In this document: one piece after another, positions 1 to 9,240 of the stretch
Numbering within the stretch: position 1 is the stretch's first letter
Layout: the number at the start of each line of letters is the position of its first letter
Virus record (IMG/VR): IMGVR_UViG_3300001533_002283
Coordinates: 64,001-128,000 of that record
DNA length: 64,000 bases
Strand: one strand, 5' to 3'
DNA from: a virus
Position numbers and translations under genes: made by a program
Notes under the pieces: model-generated
The model's database searches: none
Seen by the model: the letters and a program-made list of their open reading frames with translations, nothing else
Told to the model about the DNA's origin: nothing

Positions 1-594
1 TAAATCTCCCGCGTCAAAATCCTCGTAAGCGTCTGAGGTGAAAGTTTCTAAAATGCTATCCAAATCTAGGTTCACCACCGGCTTCTCATCATCCACCGCC
101 CAAATATAATCGGGAAGCTCCTCGTCTTCATCCTCTCTCGCGTCAATAAAATCATCTACTGATTCAAAATACTCATCATTCCAGAATACCCGCCCTGACC
201 AATCCTCTGGTTTAACCTTTCGCGCTTCCTCAAACAGTTTTTTATCCTGCGCGCGAGAAAACGCCTCGTTGGCTCGCTTGTTGATTAATTCAATCTCAGC
301 GTCCGACAAATAATGTTCCAAAACTCTGGTGAGCACAAAACTTTTACCCGCGCCCCTCCAAAAGTAATTCTCGCCCCACATTTGCCCCGTCTCAAGGTGA
401 CAAATCCAACCGGGGATTTCCTTGTTGTTTTGCAAATGAACCGGGCCAAACTTATCATCAGAAATAAAATCTCTAATCTCTGCCATTCTCTCGGGCGAGA
501 ATAATTCAGTTTTTTCCAAGTTCTCAGGTTTCTCCAAAATATTAGAAAAACAAGAAATGCGCGGGCGTTCAATTTTTTGTTCAATATTACTCAT
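1..594 (-). CDS. hypothetical acidic protein, runs off the window end (not in the ORF track)
   Basis: Manual translation: ATG at 594, MSNIEQKIERPRIS...EEARKVKPEDWSGRVFWNDEYFESVDDFIDAREDEDEELPDYIW..., open to base 1; preceded by a TTGACG promoter. Confidence 0.75.
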   Translation of the reverse strand, partial: MSNIEQKIERPRISCFSNILEKPENLEKTELFSPERMAEIRDFISDDKFGPVHLQNNKEIPGWICHLETGQMWGENYFWRGAGKSFVLTRVLEHYLSDAEIELINKRANEAFSRAQDKKLFEEARKVKPEDWSGRVFWNDEYFESVDDFIDAREDEDEELPDYIWAVDDEKPVVNLDLDSILETFTSDAYEDFDAGDL

Positions 595-624
595 AATTAG
601 TTGTTCAAATTCCTCTCTCCCCCC

Positions 625-653
625 ACTCTCCTTCTTTCCCGCGCTCTCGTCAA
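625..653 (-). promoter_or_regulatory. sigma70-type promoter TTGACG-N17-GAGAGT
   Basis: Matches the recurrent TTGAC-N17-nAnnnT motif; intergenic. Confidence 0.5.
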
Positions 654-696
654 GCTTTTTCTCCAAATTTCGCCGGTTAAAATCGGGAATTTTACC

Positions 697-1056
697 TCAA
701 TCAAATTTCAACTCCTCGTGATTAGGATACGCCATAGACACCACAAAGGCAATTGGCGAACTTGCCGCGCGCCACAGTTTTTGGTCATCAAGGGTTGCGC
801 CTGAGACATCGGTGAATCCTTCCTTTTCTAGATAAGCAAATTTTGCCATGTCTGCGATTAATCCGTAGAAGTTGCCCTCATTATTTAACCCTATGATTCC
901 TAATGACTTACGATTTTTATATTCGCAGGAGTAAGTGAAAGTGGTGTTGCCTTCTGAGTCTAAACCCGGCTCCATTTCTACCTTGAAATTATTTAAGACT
1001 AATAAATAATTAACTTCTTTTAGATATTTCCTTATTTTGTTTTGAGTTGAAGTCAT
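697..1056 (-). CDS. hypothetical protein
   Basis: Co-oriented, tightly packed ORF. Confidence 0.65.
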   Translation of the reverse strand: MTSTQNKIRKYLKEVNYLLVLNNFKVEMEPGLDSEGNTTFTYSCEYKNRKSLGIIGLNNEGNFYGLIADMAKFAYLEKEGFTDVSGATLDDQKLWRAASSPIAFVVSMAYPNHEELKFD

Positions 1057-1059
1057 AAA

Positions 1060-1578
1060 TTAATTTTTGTCTAGTCTAACATAGATTCCGTCAATTTTTT
1101 TGATTCGCCGATAAGCTTCTTCGCCCCAAGCAATTAGACAAGAAGGAGCATTGCCATTAGATTTTTCCACCCCTTCACTATTAAGAAATTTGATACGTTT
1201 AGTGATAAAATTAATGCCCGTGGCAGATTTGACGAACTGAGCCCAAGCGCGGGTTTCTGTTCTGGCAAAGCATAAGACAATAATCTCAACACCCTTTGCT
1301 GCCTCCTCATTACATTTTTTTAACCATTCATAGCTATCCGAATAGGGAAAATTACAAAAAACTGTTTTATATTTGTTCCAGTCTTGAATCAACCCATTTT
1401 CTTTTTCCGTGAAATAATGGTGCGCGGTTTGAACAATTGGCTTTCCGTCTGGTAAGTGTCCGCATGGGTCTAGGTCGGAAACGCCGATTGAGTTGATAAT
1501 CCAAGGGGGCGTAAGCCAACAATTTGTAAGTGTGTGTTCTGGGCCGAGTTGCGTTGCATTATGGAAGTTTTTACTCAT
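1060..1578 (-). CDS. phage N6-adenine DNA methyltransferase (Dam-like)
   Basis: WLTPPWI, DLDPC, VFCNFPYS (variant of NPPY), ARTETRAW, RIKF motifs. Confidence 0.8.
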   Translation of the reverse strand: MSKNFHNATQLGPEHTLTNCWLTPPWIINSIGVSDLDPCGHLPDGKPIVQTAHHYFTEKENGLIQDWNKYKTVFCNFPYSDSYEWLKKCNEEAAKGVEIIVLCFARTETRAWAQFVKSATGINFITKRIKFLNSEGVEKSNGNAPSCLIAWGEEAYRRIKKIDGIYVRLDKN

Positions 1579-1582
1579 ATTT

Positions 1583-2035
1583 TTATTTAATTAATTTAAC
1601 TCCGACCTTCATCACATCTTTTTGCCCCGCCCAATGTTGTTCGTCACTGATTCTATCCAAATAAGTTGTTTCGTGAATTATGTTTGTAACTCTCACTTCT
1701 TTTAACGAAATATCACCAGTCCGCCCCTGAGAATCCGAGTATGAATAAACTTCATCAATAACGCTATTTAACATCCTCTGGAACAAACCAAATACAAAAA
1801 TCAGCGTGCCATCATGGGTAGATTCGCGCGTGATATAAAAATCTGGTTTAATAGAGTCATCAATAATGAATGTCTTCAACCATTGCTCTGCCGCCTCTTT
1901 TTCAATCAGGGGCTTTTTCTCCATCTCAATCCACCCCGGACTTTTATAACAAAATCGGGAGTCGGATTGAGGTTCAGGCTCAAGCGGCTTTGAATATTGA
2001 TCTAGCCAGCTTTTAATATCTATGGTTGTTGTCAT
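1583..2035 (-). CDS. hypothetical protein
   Basis: Co-oriented, tightly packed ORF. Confidence 0.65.
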   Translation of the reverse strand: MTTTIDIKSWLDQYSKPLEPEPQSDSRFCYKSPGWIEMEKKPLIEKEAAEQWLKTFIIDDSIKPDFYITRESTHDGTLIFVFGLFQRMLNSVIDEVYSYSDSQGRTGDISLKEVRVTNIIHETTYLDRISDEQHWAGQKDVMKVGVKLIK

Positions 2036-2037
2036 AT

Positions 2038-2394
2038 TTATTTTTTAATATCTTCTAAATCTACAAATTCTATCAAGTGATAAGAACTTTGAATCTTCAA
2101 GTGTCTTACCAAATACGGTGATACTTTTCCGCTTTTGAGCATCCATGTCCAGTATAAATCGCGGAGGCTAATAAGTTTACCTTGTTTTTTTGCGGCTTTT
2201 CCTAGTCGGGAAATAATTCTTGATGAAACATTAGTATGAAGAAGAATTAAAGTCATCCAATTAACATCGCCGAAAATACCCCGAAATTGGAGCCAATTGG
2301 AGATATACTCGCCATCATCTTTCTGCCCCCTTTCAAAATTTTTCAACATTTGTTTAAACTCTCGCCGGATGTTGTTATGATTATTGCGGGGCAT
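2038..2394 (-). CDS. hypothetical protein
   Basis: Co-oriented, tightly packed ORF. Confidence 0.65.
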   Translation of the reverse strand: MPRNNHNNIRREFKQMLKNFERGQKDDGEYISNWLQFRGIFGDVNWMTLILLHTNVSSRIISRLGKAAKKQGKLISLRDLYWTWMLKSGKVSPYLVRHLKIQSSYHLIEFVDLEDIKK

Positions 2395-2396
2395 AA

Positions 2397-2648
2397 TTAA
2401 ACTCTCTCAAAACTATAATCCCATTCATTTATTAAAAATTGTAAATATTTTAATTCCACGTCGGTTAAAACCCTATCTTTTTTCACAAAAAAAATTCCGT
2501 GCCCATGATCGGTGATCCCGCTCTTTTCTAAGAAATTAAGCGCGTTATAAAATTCGTCGTTATCTTCCTCTAAGGATTTTTTACTAAAAATTTCTTCTTT
2601 GAAAAATTTGGCTAAATCTTGCTCTTGGCACTCATTTGAATTATTCAT
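2397..2648 (-). CDS. hypothetical protein
   Basis: Co-oriented, overlaps the upstream stop. Confidence 0.6.
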   Translation of the reverse strand: MNNSNECQEQDLAKFFKEEIFSKKSLEEDNDEFYNALNFLEKSGITDHGHGIFFVKKDRVLTDVELKYLQFLINEWDYSFERV

Positions 2649-3012
2649 CGGGGGTGGCGTAAGGTTTTAATATTTCTTCAATTTTGTTTTTGATAATTTC
2701 GGCATGACAAGGTTTGAACAATGGTGGACCCGCACACCAACACATTAAGGCGATATTTTCCCCCTTGTAAACTCTTCGTGCGATTTTCTTCGTCTCTTCC
2801 AGCATGGGTCCATTATTGGTACAATCTTGCTGAAAGTCAATTTTATATTTTTCAATTACTTGCGCACGTTCGTTATCGTCTAAATGATTGTGAAGTATAT
2901 GGGGATTTCCCAAAATTGGATTTTTCCTATCAACATCAATTAAAAGAAACGAATCATCAAACTTTTCCCCGTCTTTGCGTTTTGAACCGATTTTGACAGA
3001 ACCGAATTTCAT
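2641..3012 (-). CDS. DUF4326-like protein
   Basis: VDR..PILGNP and LMCWC..P.PCHAEII motifs. Confidence 0.75.
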   Translation of the reverse strand: MKFGSVKIGSKRKDGEKFDDSFLLIDVDRKNPILGNPHILHNHLDDNERAQVIEKYKIDFQQDCTNNGPMLEETKKIARRVYKGENIALMCWCAGPPLFKPCHAEIIKNKIEEILKPYATPDE

Positions 3013-3287
3013 TTTTTCGCCTTTATTATTTTCCCTTCGTGGGTATAATTCTGCCGATAAGATTCCTCGTTATTATGGCGCGACCAATCTGCCCATCTGG
3101 AGTATGGCTCCCAGCCCATTTTGTCATACCAGCGAAGCATATCGCGGCAACATCTACCAATGTCTGACTTTTCTAAACAAAAAGTTTCGTCGTGGATTTT
3201 ACCCAATCTGAATAAACGGCAATGGTATTGCTTGCCGATTTTAGTAACTTTGATTGACAAGGGCTCTATATAATTTTCTTCACTCAT
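3009..3287 (-). CDS. hypothetical protein
   Basis: Start moved to MSEEN, just after the upstream stop. Confidence 0.6.
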   Translation of the reverse strand: MSEENYIEPLSIKVTKIGKQYHCRLFRLGKIHDETFCLEKSDIGRCCRDMLRWYDKMGWEPYSRWADWSRHNNEESYRQNYTHEGKIIKAKK

Positions 3288-3289
3288 AG

Positions 3290-3727
3290 TCAATCCCCCT
3301 CTTTTGCGTCCAGAGTTAGAAAATAATCTCGTATCATTTGCCACTCCGCGTTCCGATAACCCGACTCAACGTAAATGCGCGGTTCGTTCATATTATGTTC
3401 GTTCCCATCAATGTATTCCTGCGCGGCGACACGAGTAAAAAAGGGTTGTTTGTTATGCCAAATATCTTTATAGGGAACTTTGTGCCAGCCCTCTTGCACG
3501 TTTTCATAACTTAGCTGCCATTCATCTTGCTCGTCCAACTCTCTGTATTTTTCATCATCCGCCTCATTATAATCCCTGTCCATCCAAATGTAATCGCCCG
3601 AACAATCATCGCAGTAATAAATCCGCTCTTTGGTCTGAACGATATACTGAGGCAAGTGGGTTGCAAGATTATCTTGTTCGCGCAAGTTTTTAATTAGTTT
3701 TTGAATATTCTCTGGGATGTTATTCAT
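3290..3727 (-). CDS. Ead/Ea22-like phage protein
   Basis: QDNLAT..P.YIVQ...FFTR.AAQEYI..N.HN..EPRIYVES.YRN.EW pattern. Confidence 0.6.
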   Translation of the reverse strand: MNNIPENIQKLIKNLREQDNLATHLPQYIVQTKERIYYCDDCSGDYIWMDRDYNEADDEKYRELDEQDEWQLSYENVQEGWHKVPYKDIWHNKQPFFTRVAAQEYIDGNEHNMNEPRIYVESGYRNAEWQMIRDYFLTLDAKEGD

Positions 3728-3882
3728 TGGGTTTCGCCTTTTGTGGTTAATTCTAACTCCATCTTTTTAACAACCTGATCCCAACGGATAAAAATCTCAG
3801 CGGGTTTTCCATTCTCTCTTACAATCCACCCAGTTTTTGCTGCCTCGATGGTCAAAGTTTTATATTGTTCTTTGGTTTTCAT
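3724..3882 (-). CDS. small hypothetical protein (52 aa, below track cutoff)
   Basis: MKTKEQYKTLTIEAAKTGWIVRENGK...; ATGA overlaps at both ends. Confidence 0.65.
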   Translation of the reverse strand: MKTKEQYKTLTIEAAKTGWIVRENGKPAEIFIRWDQVVKKMELELTTKGETQ

Positions 3883-4217
3883 AAGTTTGGATACTGCTTC
3901 CCCGTCAGTCTCAGGTTTTCCAGTCGTTCAGTCAAGGAGGAAATATGGGAAAGTAACGCGCGCTCCTGTTCTTCCCGCCCAACACAAATGATTCCACCTT
4001 CAACATAACCAATCTCGTCATGCAAACCATGTGCAAATTCACTCGCTTCTTTTTTGGTCAAAAACCCATGTTCAAAACTTGCGGGCTCGTAATAGTCCGC
4101 ACTCAAACTACCGTGCCACACGAACCACTCATCGCCCCACGGCATAATAAAAATTGCATTGTCCGCGCTTATGTTAACTTCCTCCTTTTTGAGATTTTTG
4201 AAAACGGCGATAATCAT
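3879..4217 (-). CDS. hypothetical protein (true start possibly ATA at 4172)
   Basis: ORF; SADNAIFI segment begins right after the upstream small ORF stop. Confidence 0.6.
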   Translation of the reverse strand: MIIAVFKNLKKEEVNISADNAIFIMPWGDEWFVWHGSLSADYYEPASFEHGFLTKKEASEFAHGLHDEIGYVEGGIICVGREEQERALLSHISSLTERLENLRLTGKQYPNL

Positions 4218-4317
4218 TCTTTAGCGAGACCTTTTCTTTTTCGGTCAATTCTTCTTTAGTAAATAATACTTTCACCAAAGCTTTTGCCGCCGCCTTCGTC
4301 ACGTCATTTCTTTTCAT
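4174..4317 (-). CDS. small basic hypothetical protein (47 aa)
   Basis: MKRNDVTKAAAKALVKVLF...QKGGS*; fills the gap between neighbours. Confidence 0.5.
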   Translation of the reverse strand: MKRNDVTKAAAKALVKVLFTKEELTEKEKVSLKNDYRRFQKSQKGGS

Positions 4318-4325
4318 AATTAAAA

Positions 4326-4514
4326 TTATAAAACAACCTCTCGTTTAAAATAAAATTGAACGATCACCGGCCAATTCGAAGAAGTGTTGGAAAGATTATC
4401 TACGCATGAAACGGTTGAGCATAACTCCCAACCGTTCTCACCAAGTTTGTTAAGAAGCTCGTTAGAAAGAGTCCCGTTTTTGCCATATTCTATACAGTAT
4501 TCCCATGTTTTCAC
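4326..4514 (-). CDS. DUF4177-like protein
   Basis: WEY...LNKLGENGWEL...YFKRE signature. Confidence 0.75.
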   Translation of the reverse strand: MKTWEYCIEYGKNGTLSNELLNKLGENGWELCSTVSCVDNLSNTSSNWPVIVQFYFKREVVL

Positions 4515-4780
4515 AGAAATTCGCCCTCCCGAACAATCTCATAATGGTGATTCATTTTTAACCCGGTCTCCCATGACTTTAACTGCTCGTTCCAGATATC
4601 TTGAACGGAATCATCGGGACACTTCTCCATTTCGTGGAGGGCGTCTTTGATAGCATTGGTTAGTTTAATCCAATCTTGATTTGTTTTCATTCGTTTGTCT
4701 CCTCCCAAAAAGTATAGCTTCCAATTCCATAAGGGGCGCGTTCCATCTTTATGCTGGATAATTTTTAAATTCTTGCTCAC
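4511..4780 (-). CDS. hypothetical protein
   Basis: GTGA overlaps with both neighbours. Confidence 0.55.
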   Translation of the reverse strand: MSKNLKIIQHKDGTRPLWNWKLYFLGGDKRMKTNQDWIKLTNAIKDALHEMEKCPDDSVQDIWNEQLKSWETGLKMNHHYEIVREGEFL

Positions 4781-7398
4781 GTTTTATCACTTTCCTTCTC
4801 CAATTCTTTCCTAATCTCAGAAACTTTCAACACCGTTGGAACATCCTGAATAACAACGTCTTGCACGAAATGGATACTGTCGGTGTGATTGCCCGCGTCA
4901 TCATCCCCTTTACATTTTTTAGTCACATGCCAGACTGCAATATCATTGGGTTTTATCATTCTCCCGTTATTCTGAATTATTGCCTCCCGCGAGTCAAGAG
5001 AAAAGGAGAGAGCAGACACACTCCCCACGTCATCCTTGATGTCATACTTTACATAGGTTTTCTTACTGGTTTTACTCACTCGTTCTTCTAACTCTACCAG
5101 TTGGGCCACCACCTTATAATCACCGGCTGGGGCGAGGCTTAACTGTTTTAAGTCGTAGAGGTCGTGTATATGTTTACTGTAGATGGATTTGAGGGAGTGG
5201 GAATAAGAGAAGCCGAGATAGTGGTTTTCCATTATATAGTCAGTCAATTCATTAAGTCTGGAATTTCGCATGAACTTTTCTTTCATTGGCTGATAATGTT
5301 TTTTAATAGTCGCCATTCTTGATTCTTTTATCAACTCCTTTCCTTTTTCATTTTTAATAACGCCCATCTCTTTAACAATAACGAATAAATCATTATTGAA
5401 TTTGCTAGATAGAGAATGAACAACGATTCGCTCCCTGTCTGTCAATAATCCATATAATTCAGACTCAAGCGCCATTTTAGAACGAGTATAATTATCTGGG
5501 CGGCAAGAATCTAAGCATCCAGAAAGAATTAAAGCCCCAAGAACATTTTGAGGGATTTTTGATTGAAGAGCTGATTCGTAAATCTCCAAACGATTCTTAT
5601 ACTCTTTTTGAAAAGCTATTAACTTTTCCATATTTTTATCCGAGAGAGACTTCACCATTGATAGACCAAACCGAATGGTGTTGCCCTCTATTTTAAAATC
5701 TTGCTTAGATTTAAGTAGATCGGGCGGTAGAATAGCGATATTAAAATACTTTAACTCTTTTTGAATAATACGAATTTCACCAATAGGATCGGGCTCGTCC
5801 TTCGCTAAATTCAATAAAGCCTCAAAAAATTGGAGTGGATACTTGAATTTTAAATAAATCGTCGCCGCACACATACTCGCATAAGCGCAGGCATGGGAAA
5901 AATTGAACGAATAACTTGCGGAAGCATCAAGAAGAGACCATAATATATCGCCTGCCTTCGGGTCTAAATTATTCTCGGCAATTTTGTCCTTAATTTTTTG
6001 CTGCCAAACAGCTACCTCGTCCTTTTTTTTCTTCCCGCAAATACGGCGCAAAATTTCTGCCTCCTCCAAAGTAAAACCGATCTTGTTTGCACAACGCATT
6101 AAAGATTCCTGATAAATAGGAATACCTGCACTTTCTTTTAAAACGTCATCAAATAGTGGATGAACAGACTGAAATTCTCCCGATTCCGTATATTTCTGAT
6201 AAATGGGAACGAGCTGCAATGCGCCGGGCCGGGCCAAACTGACCACTGCGGCTAAATCATTGAGATTTCGTGGTTTGATCTTCCTTAAAACATTGTAATT
6301 TGTTTCTGCCTCAATCTGAAATAAACCGTGAGGGGTTTTAAGATCTTGAAGCGGGTAATAAAGTTCGGGGGACTCTAAATCTATTTTATTAGCATCAATA
6401 CCGACAGATTTGCAAATAGTGTCGATCAGCGTCGCGCAACGCAATCCGAGGAGATCCACCTTCGGCACGATGTTCAACACATCATTCATGGAGTAGCCGG
6501 TAACGATATCACCCTCTGCATTAAGTTCAAGGGGGAACAATTGAGAGAGGGGTTCTGCCGCGACTGTCCAAGCTGATGCGTGACAGCCCGCGTGCAAGAA
6601 TAATTCATGAAGCGATAAACAGATTTTAGTAAATTCTTTATTGTTGTCACAAAAAGTTTTAAACTGTTCGCTAGCTTCAATAGACTCACTGATTGTTTTG
6701 ACCACTCCGAATTGCTTGGGAATCAAATCAGATAAAATCTTTGCCTCGGTTTCATTTGATTCCAAAAAACTCTTGGCAACATCTTTAACGAGGATTTTCG
6801 TTGATAAAACAGAGGTCGTGAGGACTTTGCAGACTTTTCCCTTAAATTTATTTTCTAAGTAATTAGACACCAACGACCTCTCTCTGAACGAGATATCAAT
6901 GTCGATATCCATGAGGAGATCGCCTTGATAATAACGTATCCCGTTGATTTCTTTAAACTTAGCTCTTGTTTTTGATAAAAATCGTTCAAAGAACAAATTA
7001 TGGCGGATACTATCCACCTTTGTTACGCCGATTAAATTTAAAACCAAACTGCCACAACAAGAGCCGCGCCCGTATCCAACAGCTATATTGTTTTCGTGGC
7101 AAAAATTTAGAATATCCCATGTAACCAAGAGATATGAGCAAAAACCAAGTTCTTTGAAAATCCCTAGTTCTTTTTTGATGCGCTCTACATAGGTGTTATA
7201 TCTCTGGCTACCTTTTTCTAGGTTTAGCTTATAGAAGCCATCGAGGGTCAAGGCGTGCAAAAAATCATAATCTGTTGCGCCATCTTTTAATTTAAATTTT
7301 TCTTTAAATCTAGGCTCGATCTCGAAATCGGGTAACTTAACACCGTCTTTCAACAAGTTCAGTTGATAAACGGTAAAATTATTTTTAAAATTATTCAT
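4777..7398 (-). CDS. dnaE: DNA polymerase III alpha catalytic core (family C), lacking the N-terminal PHP domain
   Basis: GYGRGSCCGSLV, LFFERFL, DIDIDIS, KVDLLGL, GLFQIE, IYQE, YSFNFSHA.AY, IRFGL, C-terminal OB-like region. Confidence 0.95.
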   Translation of the reverse strand: MNNFKNNFTVYQLNLLKDGVKLPDFEIEPRFKEKFKLKDGATDYDFLHALTLDGFYKLNLEKGSQRYNTYVERIKKELGIFKELGFCSYLLVTWDILNFCHENNIAVGYGRGSCCGSLVLNLIGVTKVDSIRHNLFFERFLSKTRAKFKEINGIRYYQGDLLMDIDIDISFRERSLVSNYLENKFKGKVCKVLTTSVLSTKILVKDVAKSFLESNETEAKILSDLIPKQFGVVKTISESIEASEQFKTFCDNNKEFTKICLSLHELFLHAGCHASAWTVAAEPLSQLFPLELNAEGDIVTGYSMNDVLNIVPKVDLLGLRCATLIDTICKSVGIDANKIDLESPELYYPLQDLKTPHGLFQIEAETNYNVLRKIKPRNLNDLAAVVSLARPGALQLVPIYQKYTESGEFQSVHPLFDDVLKESAGIPIYQESLMRCANKIGFTLEEAEILRRICGKKKKDEVAVWQQKIKDKIAENNLDPKAGDILWSLLDASASYSFNFSHACAYASMCAATIYLKFKYPLQFFEALLNLAKDEPDPIGEIRIIQKELKYFNIAILPPDLLKSKQDFKIEGNTIRFGLSMVKSLSDKNMEKLIAFQKEYKNRLEIYESALQSKIPQNVLGALILSGCLDSCRPDNYTRSKMALESELYGLLTDRERIVVHSLSSKFNNDLFVIVKEMGVIKNEKGKELIKESRMATIKKHYQPMKEKFMRNSRLNELTDYIMENHYLGFSYSHSLKSIYSKHIHDLYDLKQLSLAPAGDYKVVAQLVELEERVSKTSKKTYVKYDIKDDVGSVSALSFSLDSREAIIQNNGRMIKPNDIAVWHVTKKCKGDDDAGNHTDSIHFVQDVVIQDVPTVLKVSEIRKELEKESDKT

Positions 7399-8590
7399 TT
7401 GGAAAATTTAGAATAGCCTTGTCGCCAAATACTTGTTTCGCTAGTTTATCATATTCCCTAGCTGCTAGAATTTCTCCTTCTGGACTTTTACCGTAATATT
7501 TACATTTTTTAAGTTTTTTCGTCCTTATCTCCAACACCCAATATCCACGTCTGAGGCCAACGCCCCTATAGCGAGATGTTTGCTTTTGTCTCTTTTCTTC
7601 CAAATGATTATTTATATATTCAATATATTTTTTATACTTATCGTGTTTTCTGCTCAAGCCAAATGATTCACCCTGTAGAATATATTCCATAAATTTAATA
7701 ACGGATATCCGCCCAGAAATCAAAAGATTGGAACTCCCGGAATTTTCTTTATTTTTGACCCTATGATAGAGGATGGAGCATTCAATACTTATTTTTTTAA
7801 GAAAGTCCTTAAAACTCCAATCTTGAAGAAGACAACTCGTTATTTTAGCATAAACACCAACCGATCTTTGTGGATAAAAACAAAAACACCCATCTCCATC
7901 AAAATACCCACGCCACCAATAATGACGGAGGTTTTCGGGGATTGCGTTGAGAATTTTATGGGCCGATGCGCCAGATTTGATTTTGTAATCAAAAGATTCT
8001 AAAAATGAGTGCAAATGGTAATTCGTCGTTACCGCAGTGATTTGAACTTTATGTTTTGGGTTTTTTGGCAATCTTTGTTTTATACTCCAATTTGGAAAAG
8101 TCTTTTTAAATCTATCAGAGATGGCGTCAAAATCATATTTCGCAATAGTTAAAGTGGCATTATGATTTACTTTCCCCAAGTGACCATCTGCCCAGAAAAA
8201 TCCCCAAAAATAAACTACAAAAGGATCGTTAAAGTCACATTCTTTAGAAATATCATTTTTATTCCACGAATCTTGACATCTAATTAAGTGATTCACTCGA
8301 AGCCCCATTGTGCTTGCCTTATGACTTAAGTTGGCCTTTGTTACGCCTATTTTCTCTGCCACTTTCTTTGGCCCTAATTCATAATAATTATTTCTAATAA
8401 AATCTAATTCTTCTTGAGTATACTCTTTGATCCATTTAGGGAAAAGTTTATAGTGATAAACTATATTTTTTACTTTTACTTTAGTGTAACCCAAAAAATC
8501 AGCGCAACCTTTTGGCCCTATCTTTTTATAATTCTCCTTGATGAAGGAGATAGCTTCCAAAGGAGCTTTTACATTGTGAAATTTATTCAT
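7391..8590 (-). CDS. free-standing LAGLIDADG homing endonuclease with C-terminal AP2 domain
   Basis: YFWGFFWADG and WWRGYFDGDG motifs; TSRYRGV...AAREYDKLAKQVFGDKAILNFP (AP2). Confidence 0.85.
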   Translation of the reverse strand: MNKFHNVKAPLEAISFIKENYKKIGPKGCADFLGYTKVKVKNIVYHYKLFPKWIKEYTQEELDFIRNNYYELGPKKVAEKIGVTKANLSHKASTMGLRVNHLIRCQDSWNKNDISKECDFNDPFVVYFWGFFWADGHLGKVNHNATLTIAKYDFDAISDRFKKTFPNWSIKQRLPKNPKHKVQITAVTTNYHLHSFLESFDYKIKSGASAHKILNAIPENLRHYWWRGYFDGDGCFCFYPQRSVGVYAKITSCLLQDWSFKDFLKKISIECSILYHRVKNKENSGSSNLLISGRISVIKFMEYILQGESFGLSRKHDKYKKYIEYINNHLEEKRQKQTSRYRGVGLRRGYWVLEIRTKKLKKCKYYGKSPEGEILAAREYDKLAKQVFGDKAILNFPNE

Positions 8591-9240
8591 ACTTCCATCA
8601 TCCATAAAATTTTATCTAAAACCATTTTGTTTAAAACAATATCGTTGTTACCTCTGTGTAAACTCTCATAGTCAAACTCTATACCCATTTCCTTGCCTGT
8701 CAATGCCAAATTGGTCTTTAAATTCCTCTCGTGAAAATTGGACATCCTGAAGTTAAAAGTCAAAAACTCTTTTGAGCCCACTGTCGGAATTATTATTCCC
8801 TTTTTATGGGCCTTCATTAAATTATTTGTGTCAATGAATACGTGCTTTTTAAAAATCTCCATATTCGTTGATAAACCAAGCGCCCGCCGAAAAGTAAAAT
8901 AAACAGGTATATCTAGCGAATAAATATTATGGCCTACTTTAATAATATCTTCATTCAAAAAGTCTTTTTCAAACCTCTCCAAGACCTCCATGGAATCAAT
9001 AGCTTTGGCTTTGTATTCATCAAAAGAAAAACGGGTCTTAATCGCCGCACCTTTTGAAAGCCGTAAATCAGAAAAATAAGGGTAAAAATCCTGAATCTCT
9101 CCCATTTCTCCAATTTTACCGACTAGCCAAGAAATTTCCCAAGGTCTGGAGTAAAAAAGATTGAGTCCCTCAGTTTCTTTATCAAAAACCATATACTTCT
9201 GATCTTTAGAATACCTTAATAAATGACTCCCGATACTCAT
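8587..9240 (-). CDS. DEDDh 3'-5' exonuclease (Pol III epsilon-like)
   Basis: VFDKETEG, VGHN..SLD, IDT, LHRGNND. Confidence 0.85.
   Translation of the reverse strand: MSIGSHLLRYSKDQKYMVFDKETEGLNLFYSRPWEISWLVGKIGEMGEIQDFYPYFSDLRLSKGAAIKTRFSFDEYKAKAIDSMEVLERFEKDFLNEDIIKVGHNIYSLDIPVYFTFRRALGLSTNMEIFKKHVFIDTNNLMKAHKKGIIIPTVGSKEFLTFNFRMSNFHERNLKTNLALTGKEMGIEFDYESLHRGNNDIVLNKMVLDKILWMMEV

Noticed and set aside
285-584. 99-aa minus-strand ORF in the track
   Set aside because: Shadow frame; the ATG-594 frame is longer, follows a promoter and runs off the window
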